Virus record (IMG/VR): IMGVR_UViG_3300005294_000003
Span: 1-45,309 of that record
Strand: one strand, 5' to 3'
Source: a virus
Length of the DNA: 45,309 nt
Shown here piece after piece: positions 8,113-14,630 of the stretch. How positions within the stretch are numbered: the first letter of the stretch is position 1; each line of letters opens with the position of its first letter. Under the pieces are notes generated by a model. That model did not search any database. It saw only the letters and a program-made list of their open reading frames with translations, and had not been told where the DNA came from. The position numbers were made by a program, and so were the translations under genes.

Positions 8113-8130
8113 CAGGGCAAAAGTGCCCGA
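8113..8130. repeat. Fourth (one-base longer) copy of the GGGCA...TGCCC palindrome
   Basis: cagggcaaaagtgcccga. Confidence 0.6.
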
Positions 8131-8199
8131 CAGTGTCACCTCAGGTAACTGTGTGACTTCATTGGCCGTTCCGGGCAGTCAATGTCAAGACAGTGTCAT
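8129..8199. repeat. Two inverted-orientation copies of the GTGACACTG motif right of the AT-rich island
   Basis: gacagtgtcac 8129-8139 and gacagtgtcat 8189-8199, again exactly 60 bp apart; core GACAGTGTC is itself a 9-bp palindrome. Confidence 0.75.
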
Positions 8200-8215
8200 A
8201 GGAGGCGTTAGTCCT

Positions 8216-8341
8216 ATGGAAAACAATGAACTAGCGCGCGTACGTTGTGCTATCTGCAATGGTTGCAAATTAGGAGGGCCTTGCTTTAGACCTATTATAA
8301 TTAGAAGTATAAAGAAAGGTGGTGATACCAAAAATGCGTAA
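8216..8341 (+). CDS. Small Cys-rich protein (41 aa)
   Basis: AGGAGG 10 nt upstream of ATG 8216; MENNELARVRCAICNGCKLGGPC. Confidence 0.3.
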   Translation: MENNELARVRCAICNGCKLGGPCFRPIIIRSIKKGGDTKNA

Positions 8342-8442
8342 GCATGGTGGTGTTTGGTTCTTGAAGTTGTGGCGCATGCGTCTAACGTTTTGTGTGGTAC
8401 GGGCACGTTAACCAACGGCCCGAGCGCCCTCGGAGGTAAAAT

Positions 8443-8670
8443 ATGGAAATGACTGCCGATGAAGTAAAAGAGTTAGCAACACGCGGGCGTATCTACGCTA
8501 CCAAAGCGTTACGCCTACGGACCGGGCTCGGCCTACGTGATGCTCTTGACATTGTGAACGCCTATGCCGTTGCAATAGGCATGGGCACGATGCAAGAGCA
8601 ACGTTACACATGTGGTGAATGCGGTGGCTCCGGTTATAAGATACACAAGATTTACGTTCACAGAGGTTGA
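8443..8670 (+). CDS. Early protein with ribosomal L7/L12 C-terminal-domain-like segment and one DnaJ-type CxxCxGxG knuckle (75 aa)
   Basis: GGAGG [29 protein letters not shown] aligns with L7/L12 [35 protein letters not shown] near C-terminus. Confidence 0.55.
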   Translation: [75 protein letters not shown]

Positions 8671-8703
8671 CTAAAAGACTTAAGAACGTGGGGAGGTGAT
8701 ACC

Positions 8704-8896
8704 GGGCGGGGTTGCCTGCCTCTAGCAGCGCTGCGGGCGGGGACCATCAAGGTCAACCCGTGAGCGCGTCAGCCTAGAGCGGGCTACATAGGAGGCCCCG
8801 CCCTAAACGGCAGCGGTGGCACAAAAAATTGCCTTGACACGGGCGCTAGCCCGTGGTATAACAAAGGTGGGTAGGGAGCCTCGCAATTGGGCGGGG
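8704..8896. repeat. Four dispersed copies of GGGCGGGG around the early promoter
   Basis: gggcgggg at 8704-8711, 8735-8742, 8889-8896; ccccgccc at 8796-8803. Confidence 0.7.
8834..8862 (+). promoter_or_regulatory. Sigma70-type early promoter P1
   Basis: TTGACA (8834-8839), 17-nt spacer, TATAAC (8857-8862), A-rich upstream stretch, about 70 nt before the 214-aa gene. Confidence 0.65.
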
Positions 8897-8932
8897 CTGG
8901 GTGACGTTAGACTTAACAATTAAACATGGAGA

Positions 8933-9577
8933 ATGGCAATGCCTAAAGCCAAGATCGAACGGGTTGTGCGTGAGGAAGATGGTTTTCAAGTGGTGGAGGT
9001 TGACGTTGCCGGTGGTGGTGAAACCAAGGCAACCAAGACTGTTACTATGCGGAGGCCTACGGCTCAGAAGCTAACGGAATTGGTTACGGTGCTTGGCAAT
9101 GAAAAGAAAGTGCCGTTGACCACTTTCTTCCTGGGTTCTGACTACGAAGGAAAGGACACGGGCGAGGAAACCATGTCGCAGTTTCTTGCGCGCATGGTGG
9201 GCGTCGCTATCGACAAGCGCATTCGCGCTGACGCCTATGAGTCCGTGGCCCAGGAATCCACCACTATCACGGTGGGTAAGGACAAGATCGATCTCATGTC
9301 CTTCAAGTTGAAGGGCCTCCTGCGCGCAATCAATGGTGCGCGTGGAGTGCGGGCCGAGCGCATGGCGGCGGTTGGTATCGAAGATCCTGACTCCACGGAA
9401 CTTACCCAGGAGCAACAGGATAAGGTTAAGACTGGTGACCGGGGCCTGGGCTATGGTCCTTACAAGACTGCAGCAAAGAATCTTGTCGAGGGCTACGTTA
9501 ACGACAAGGGTGAAAAGGTTCCGCCACAGGCACGGGAAAACAAGGAAACGGGTTTGCTGGAAGCTATCGCTGCCTAG
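8933..9577 (+). CDS. Early protein of unknown function (214 aa; ATG 8939 has better SD spacing)
   Basis: First gene after P1, followed by hairpins and a T7 run; GC-rich codon usage unlike most of the genome; no motif recognised. Confidence 0.65.
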   Translation: MAMPKAKIERVVREEDGFQVVEVDVAGGGETKATKTVTMRRPTAQKLTELVTVLGNEKKVPLTTFFLGSDYEGKDTGEETMSQFLARMVGVAIDKRIRADAYESVAQESTTITVGKDKIDLMSFKLKGLLRAINGARGVRAERMAAVGIEDPDSTELTQEQQDKVKTGDRGLGYGPYKTAAKNLVEGYVNDKGEKVPPQARENKETGLLEAIAA

Positions 9578-9692
9578 CTCTTAGTGTGTGAATGGTTGAA
9601 TGCGCCGCTGATAACATTCGTGGGCGTGACTTAAATAAGTTCCACCTAACACACTAAGAAACCCGCTGGCATACCGGGTAATGTATGCCATA

Positions 9693-9758
9693 GCTAGCGC
9701 GGCTAGCATGCTTCGCATGTAATCCCCAGTATTTGTGGGTGCCGCGTTAGCTTTTTTT
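9693..9758 (+). terminator. Stem plus T7 run after the 214-aa early gene
   Basis: gctagcgcggc (9693-9703) pairs with gccgcgttagc (9741-9751, one G-U), then ttttttt (9752-9758); long structured loop lowers confidence. Confidence 0.45.
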
Positions 9759-9801
9759 ATTAAACACATCGTTTCACAATTTTTGGTGGGAGGGCAACAC
9801 A

Positions 9802-9939
9802 ATGTCTGATGATGACGACCATGTAGAATATCAACCAGAGTTTGTTGGTCCTTGCACTTGTGACCATGATACTGATGATCATGGATGGAGCGAATGCAAT
9901 ATCGAAGGTTGTAAGTGTGAGGCTTTTTGGTCAGAATAA
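9802..9939 (+). CDS. Small acidic Cys-rich protein (45 aa)
   Basis: GGGAGGG SD 8 nt upstream; MSDDDDHVEYQPEFVGPCTCDHDTDDHGWSECNIEGCKCEAFWSE. Confidence 0.45.
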   Translation: MSDDDDHVEYQPEFVGPCTCDHDTDDHGWSECNIEGCKCEAFWSE

Positions 9940-10033
9940 GACTAACCTAGCAAGGACCGTGCCAGCCTAGACGGGCCTCCGGCCCTCGCGGCTGGGCGCC
10001 CTAAGTGCCTGCCAAGGCAGCCTAAAATAGCCC

Positions 10034-10062
10034 TTGACACGCCCAGCCTAACGTGTTACTCT
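10034..10062 (+). promoter_or_regulatory. Sigma70-type early promoter P2
   Basis: TTGACA (10034-10039), 17-nt spacer, TACTCT (10057-10062); shares gcc(c)TTGACACG context with P1. Confidence 0.55.
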
Positions 10063-10081
10063 CCTGCCTGGAGCCAGAAAA

Positions 10082-10375
10082 ATGCAAGACGACAGCGCCA
10101 CTGACGTTAGACTTCAAAAGGCTCTACAAACTGTAAAACTCTTATGTGACGAACGCGACAGCGCCCGTCGCACCCTAGACTACCTAGAAGACCGAATCCG
10201 CGAAGCGTGGAAGCTAGTGCCTCATATGGCGGTGCGCCAGGAAAAGCCCTGCCGTAAATGTCAACGGCCCACAATGGAAACGTTTGGAGGCACGGCAATG
10301 TGTCGTAAACATATTGCCAAGGATAACGATATGGCATCTATCCTTGAAAGACTGATCTACGACGATGGAAACTAA
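10082..10375 (+). CDS. Hypothetical early protein with CxxC...C..H motif (97 aa)
   Basis: GGAG SD; CRKCQRPTMETFGGTAMCRKH. Confidence 0.55.
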   Translation: MQDDSATDVRLQKALQTVKLLCDERDSARRTLDYLEDRIREAWKLVPHMAVRQEKPCRKCQRPTMETFGGTAMCRKHIAKDNDMASILERLIYDDGN

Positions 10376-10562
10376 GTTTACTCGCAGAGCGGGCCGTTGT
10401 GGCTACCGCTTTGACTCTGCCATTAAACGGCAGTGCAAGGCTAAAACACGGAAGTTGATTCAGTTACAAGATAACAAAATTAAGAATGGTTTAACAGTGT
10501 ATGAGATCAAATGGCAACACCGTTGCCGTAACCATGACCACGGGAAATTCATAAATGGATGA
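10365..10562 (+). CDS. Hypothetical basic protein (65 aa)
   Basis: ORF overlapping upstream gene by 11 nt. Confidence 0.4.
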   Translation: METKFTRRAGRCGYRFDSAIKRQCKAKTRKLIQLQDNKIKNGLTVYEIKWQHRCRNHDHGKFING

Positions 10563-10731
10563 GTTAGACGACGTACAAGAGGAACGTAAGCCATTCTGGC
10601 GCTGTGAGGAATGTGGTTACGAGTCACATGATAGACCAATGCCAGCAAATCGTGAAGAATTCTATCGTAAAGGTAGGCCCGCAATGTGTCCACGCTGCAA
10701 GAGTGGTGGAATGATGCCGGTGGGTTTTTGA
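10555..10731 (+). CDS. Zinc-ribbon protein (58 aa)
   Basis: CEECGY...CPRCKSGG two CxxC pairs; stop 2 nt before the SNF2 gene start. Confidence 0.45.
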   Translation: MDELDDVQEERKPFWRCEECGYESHDRPMPANREEFYRKGRPAMCPRCKSGGMMPVGF

Positions 10732-10732
10732 A

Positions 10733-12652
10733 ATGCAAACTAAAGTCATAGACTACAATCTAAAACTAACAAACGTTACTGACCTAGAAGAGTTTTCTAC
10801 CATAATTAAGAACGCAATGGTAGACCGCCTCGCTATCCATGAACGCTTTTCAGCGTTGCGCCTTGCCAAGGTGAAGTTAAATTACAATGATTGGATGCAT
10901 AAAGGTTACGCCGGTGTTGCCCACTCTAATGGTACCATTGAGGTTCGTGACACTAACAACCATGCCTTGACCTTGGCCGGAACCGTCATCCATGAGTTAG
11001 GCCACCAGTTAGCAGGCGTTGACGAAGGACACTCACAAAATTGGATTGATGCCTGCAAACTCTTAGGCTTGTTAAACACGAAACGCGAAAAGAATAACCA
11101 ACCGGAAGATTTCGACAAATATGCATTACAAGTCATAGAAAAAGCGTTATTAAAGTTCGTGACCGCCCGGCCGGAGCTTGTAATCAACCCTGACATTAAA
11201 ATTCCGTGGCCTTCCCACATAGGTCTATGGACATGCCCAAACCCGCATGAGTCATTCCACGCCTGCTATGTTGACGGCAAGATGGTTCATAAGTGTCATA
11301 TTCTGCAATTCCAAGACGAAGACATTAGGGATATGTTACGGAGGATTAAAGAGGGCCGTAACATCCTGAATGCCAATGAAATGGGTTTAGGCAAGACTGT
11401 TGAGTTAATGGGTTTAATTAACGTTTTACATCCCAAGCGCATTTTCGTGGGTTGCCCTAACAACGCGAAATTAGTTTGGCGTAATCATTTCCGTGACTTC
11501 TGTGTCCATGACTACGGTGACGATCTAGAAGTAGCACACACCAGCCTCTATATGTTCAGTGACGTTGTAATTATGAACTATGAAGCATTAAGGAAGTGGA
11601 AAGATGCTATCTCCAAAGAGCATTGGGATATGGTTATCTTTGATGAGGGACAATACCTTAAAACGCCTAATGCTAAACGCTCTGAGGCTGCCTACTCTGT
11701 TAAAGGTGATATTGAAGTAATCATCACTGGCACTCCTATCGTAAACTATCCTTACGAGATTTTCCCGCTAATTCACTACCTCGATAGAGCAAATTGGCCC
11801 GAGTACGGTCACTTTGAAGCATCCTATGGGAGTAAGTCGTCAGACCGGCTCGGGCGAAACCTTACTCATTTACAGCAAAAGTTACGCGCCACTATTATGT
11901 TACGCCGCCTGAAAAAAGATGTAATGAAGGAACTTCCTAAGAAACGCAGACAAATCATTGAGTTTGAACCCTCCGAGGAAATCAAGGAACTTATCGAAAG
12001 TGAAATGTCACTATTTAATCAATTAAAAGGCAATGACTTTGATACTGTAAAACTATTAAATACACTTAAAAATGAATCTGAGGAGGCAATCGAAGATATT
12101 GATTGGCACTCCGTAATCCTGAGTCTGGCACAAACCAAGAGGTTTGCGTTTGAAGAAATGGCGAAAATAGCCCATGAAATTGGGCGGGCGAAGCTACCTT
12201 ACATTTATGAGCATATCGAACAGGTTTTGGAGAATAGGGAGAAAGTAATTGTTTTTGGTCATCATCGTGATGTTTTATCCAAAATCGCTGCACGGTTTGC
12301 ACCTAACTCAGTTTTGCTTTTGGGTGGAAATCAAGACCAAGCAGCCGCTACCAGCATGGCATCTCAAAAATTCAATGATGATGACAACTGTAGGTTGTTC
12401 GTAGGTGGTATTTCTATAGCTGCTTCCTATTCGTTGATTGGTTCATCGACAGTGGTGTTTGTTGAGGAATCATGGATTCCAGGTGAGTTTAGTCAGGCCG
12501 AGGACCGAGGCCATGGCATAGGCCGTGGTGACGCCGAAGCTAAATCTATGTTGATTCAACATCTTGTGTTTGAAGACTCATTAGACACAAAGAAAGCACA
12601 ACTCAACATTAGGAAGCAGAAGTCAATTGACCGGGCGATGAACAGGTTTTAG
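10733..12652 (+). CDS. SprT-like HExxH domain fused to SNF2-family ATPase/helicase (639 aa)
   Basis: N-term VIHELGHQLAGVDEGHSQNW (SprT/Spartan-type HExxH...GH); SNF2 motifs LGKT (I), FDEGQYLK (II), ITGTPIVNYPYEIFPLIHYL (III), SQAEDRGHGIGR (VI). Confidence 0.85.
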   Translation: MQTKVIDYNLKLTNVTDLEEFSTIIKNAMVDRLAIHERFSALRLAKVKLNYNDWMHKGYAGVAHSNGTIEVRDTNNHALTLAGTVIHELGHQLAGVDEGHSQNWIDACKLLGLLNTKREKNNQPEDFDKYALQVIEKALLKFVTARPELVINPDIKIPWPSHIGLWTCPNPHESFHACYVDGKMVHKCHILQFQDEDIRDMLRRIKEGRNILNANEMGLGKTVELMGLINVLHPKRIFVGCPNNAKLVWRNHFRDFCVHDYGDDLEVAHTSLYMFSDVVIMNYEALRKWKDAISKEHWDMVIFDEGQYLKTPNAKRSEAAYSVKGDIEVIITGTPIVNYPYEIFPLIHYLDRANWPEYGHFEASYGSKSSDRLGRNLTHLQQKLRATIMLRRLKKDVMKELPKKRRQIIEFEPSEEIKELIESEMSLFNQLKGNDFDTVKLLNTLKNESEEAIEDIDWHSVILSLAQTKRFAFEEMAKIAHEIGRAKLPYIYEHIEQVLENREKVIVFGHHRDVLSKIAARFAPNSVLLLGGNQDQAAATSMASQKFNDDDNCRLFVGGISIAASYSLIGSSTVVFVEESWIPGEFSQAEDRGHGIGRGDAEAKSMLIQHLVFEDSLDTKKAQLNIRKQKSIDRAMNRF

Positions 12653-12660
12653 GAGATAGT

Positions 12661-12837
12661 ATGAAATATAGAATAAAACTAATGACACGCCCCAATACTG
12701 TAGTATTTGAGACTGTAGTTGAGGCAGAGGATTGGGCCGAGGAAATGCTTGAAATGGAAATGCGCGTTAACGGTGGTACTCCACAAAATGTTGGTTTACT
12801 TCGTATGCATGTTACTGAGGAACCAGAATCAAAATGA
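12661..12837 (+). CDS. Hypothetical protein (58 aa)
   Basis: AGGAG SD 6 nt upstream of ATG 12661. Confidence 0.45.
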   Translation: MKYRIKLMTRPNTVVFETVVEAEDWAEEMLEMEMRVNGGTPQNVGLLRMHVTEEPESK

Positions 12838-13013
12838 TTACTGTTTACGCCCGCCTCCGACCCTCAACATCATCGAAGGCCCGTAAGGTGCAATATGTAA
12901 ACATGAATGGCAGACGTGACAAAACCTCGGTTGACGTTAGGATTCCTAAAAAGTTTTTCAAAAACAAAGGTCTTATACCTCGTCAGATTGGAGTGGTGGT
13001 TTTCCATGGCTGA
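12834..13013 (+). CDS. Hypothetical basic protein (59 aa)
   Basis: ATGA overlap with previous ORF. Confidence 0.35.
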   Translation: MITVYARLRPSTSSKARKVQYVNMNGRRDKTSVDVRIPKKFFKNKGLIPRQIGVVVFHG

Positions 13014-13286
13014 ATTAACTCCGGAAGAAATCGCAGTTGTAAAGGCTAACAGGAATAATGTTCGTCTTCTTGAAGAAGGGCAATTAACATTTTATATAGG
13101 TGTATTAGTCTGACCGTCATTTGCAGTCGCGCAGTTGCGCGATCCACAATCGCATAGAGAAGATGTTAGAAATCGTTGGCAAGCAATGCAAGATGTAGCA
13201 CATGCTTTAGGTTATGCCCATGAAATGGAATACAATGTAGCATGTGAACGCAGACCCGAGGAAGTTAAGGCACGTATAGACAGACT

Positions 13287-13655
13287 ATGAGTTACTACGA
13301 AGATGACGCCGAATTTGAACGCGAAACGCATGTTAAAGACGAATTAAAGTCGGTGTTTGGGCGGTGGGCCAACAATGTAGTAAAACAAAGGAGGGATAAA
13401 ATGCCAGAGAAGTCAACCAAGGTCTGGAAGGATGACAAGGGACAGTATTTCCATGATGGATGTTTCGAGGATAATGAAACTAGGGAGTGGCGCCTCGCCA
13501 ATGGTTTTACCGCAGTTAAGTCACTAGATGATTTAGATGAAGATGAGGAGTGTGGAAGTTGTGGAGGGCAATTCCTGGCCGGGCTCGAACCTGACGAGGA
13601 CGATGACGTTAACGACGTTGACAATGATGAAGTTAACGACGACGACGAAGATTAA
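13287..13655 (+). CDS. Highly acidic protein with poly-Asp/Glu tail (122 aa)
   Basis: C-terminal LDDLDEDEECGSCGGQFLAGLEPDEDDDVNDVDNDEVNDDDED. Confidence 0.6.
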   Translation: MSYYEDDAEFERETHVKDELKSVFGRWANNVVKQRRDKMPEKSTKVWKDDKGQYFHDGCFEDNETREWRLANGFTAVKSLDDLDEDEECGSCGGQFLAGLEPDEDDDVNDVDNDEVNDDDED

Positions 13656-13675
13656 ATGATTGAGAGCGGGGCATC

Positions 13676-13912
13676 ATGGATTACAAGTATATTGTGTTAC
13701 GTCAATACCGTGATGCCCCACTTCTCGCTTATAGATTTGCTTATATTGGTATTGATAATCGTTTGGTGGACTTGGGCGTATTTGTTATGGAAACTATTTC
13801 GTTCATAGAAATGCTATTAACAATGATGTTAGGTGCCAAGGCAGTAGGTAGTAAAATAGAGGTCGAGTTTCTAAATGGAGAGTCATGGAAAACGTTAGTG
13901 AGCAGGTTATGA
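13676..13912 (+). CDS. Hypothetical protein (78 aa)
   Basis: ORF with G-rich SD-like stretch upstream. Confidence 0.45.
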   Translation: MDYKYIVLRQYRDAPLLAYRFAYIGIDNRLVDLGVFVMETISFIEMLLTMMLGAKAVGSKIEVEFLNGESWKTLVSRL

Positions 13913-14031
13913 TACACAAATTTCGTGGCGAGATTTGCCCAGCTTGTTTGTGGGATCTATTACTTAAAGGTATGATTACAGAAGAATTTATAAGATTATA
14001 TAAACACGCTCATACCACCAATGGAAGATAA
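13909..14031 (+). CDS. Small protein (40 aa)
   Basis: ATGA overlap with upstream stop; CPAC motif; below track cutoff. Confidence 0.3.
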   Translation: MIHKFRGEICPACLWDLLLKGMITEEFIRLYKHAHTTNGR

Positions 14032-14296
14032 ATCAGCCCACCGCAAAATAATTCGTGCAATACACGAAAATTGCATAAAGGGTGATCCTTTTGCGATATG
14101 GGAGATTCGCGACCTTTCTGGTGTTTCCACTTCCAGTGTCCGTAGGACTATGGAATCGCTTGTAAACTATAATTTCATCATACATCTTAAAAAAGGTTTC
14201 CGTGGGCGGAAGTACCGGGTTAACTTCCGTTGGCCTAAAGACGTTGCTACTGCAATCAAAGACTACGAGTTTGGGAAAATCTTGGAGATAGATTAA
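14021..14296 (+). CDS. Winged-helix DNA-binding protein (91 aa)
   Basis: IWEIRDLSGVSTSSVRRTMESLVNYNFIIHLKKG looks like a MarR/wHTH recognition helix plus wing. Confidence 0.5.
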   Translation: MEDKSAHRKIIRAIHENCIKGDPFAIWEIRDLSGVSTSSVRRTMESLVNYNFIIHLKKGFRGRKYRVNFRWPKDVATAIKDYEFGKILEID

Positions 14297-14481
14297 TGAC
14301 TGACGAAGTCATCAGCTACAACGTAAGAGTACGAGACCTAAATAAGCACACTGACAACATTCTAAATACGTTGTCAACACTTCGTGGCACACATAAGTAC
14401 GAACTAATACGCGAGGCACTTGAGGAGTTTGCCGAAAACCACAAACACGAAATTGTGGCAGTTGTGGAGAGGCCGGCATGA
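14296..14481 (+). CDS. Ribbon-helix-helix (CopG/Arc-like) protein (61 aa)
   Basis: N-terminal beta strand ISYNVRV followed by two helices ...ELIREALEEFAENH; 1-nt overlap with upstream gene. Confidence 0.5.
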   Translation: MTDEVISYNVRVRDLNKHTDNILNTLSTLRGTHKYELIREALEEFAENHKHEIVAVVERPA

Positions 14482-14630
14482 GTTGTGAAGCTTGCGAAAG
14501 TTATATAAATGAAGGTATTAAGTTTTGGTACCGTTGGAATAATGCAAAGATAGTCATAATCGGTTGCCAAAAACATGTTTCGGAAGTAATTAAGACGCTA
14601 AATGAGGCTCAAGAGAATGCTTCTAGGTAG
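14478..14630 (+). CDS. Small Cys-rich protein (50 aa)
   Basis: ATGA overlap with RHH gene; MSCEACESY...GCQKH. Confidence 0.35.
   Translation: MSCEACESYINEGIKFWYRWNNAKIVIIGCQKHVSEVIKTLNEAQENASR

Noticed and set aside
6708-8148. ORFs 6708-6905 (-), 7025-7360 (-) and 7930-8148 (+) in the control region
   Set aside because: They are built from the A-tract repeats, operator palindromes or the AT-rich island. They have no SD and an odd composition. The region is better explained as regulatory or non-coding.
9071-9584. ORFs 9071-9415 (-) and 9333-9584 (+) overlapping the 214-aa early gene
   Set aside because: These are alternative frames of a GC-rich gene, where long spurious ORFs are expected. 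They have no independent SD or promoter.
9581-9802. 73-aa minus-strand ORF between two plus-strand early genes
   Set aside because: It coincides with three stems and the T7/A7 tract of the terminator-like element, and it runs against the transcription direction set by promoter P1.
13006-13290. TGA read-through or recoding: the frame of MAELTPEEIAVVK... continues open after TGA 13111-13113 down to the ATGA junction at 13287
   Set aside because: Many other genes here end cleanly in TGA with properly placed downstream starts. A separate small ORF (TTG 13135 or ATG 13186 to 13290) explains the open frame, and I could not support either start well enough to list it.
13295-13624. 109-aa Ser-rich minus-strand ORF
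   Set aside because: It is the antisense shadow of the acidic-tail gene; GAT/GAA/GAC repeats read as Ser/Ile/Val on the other strand.
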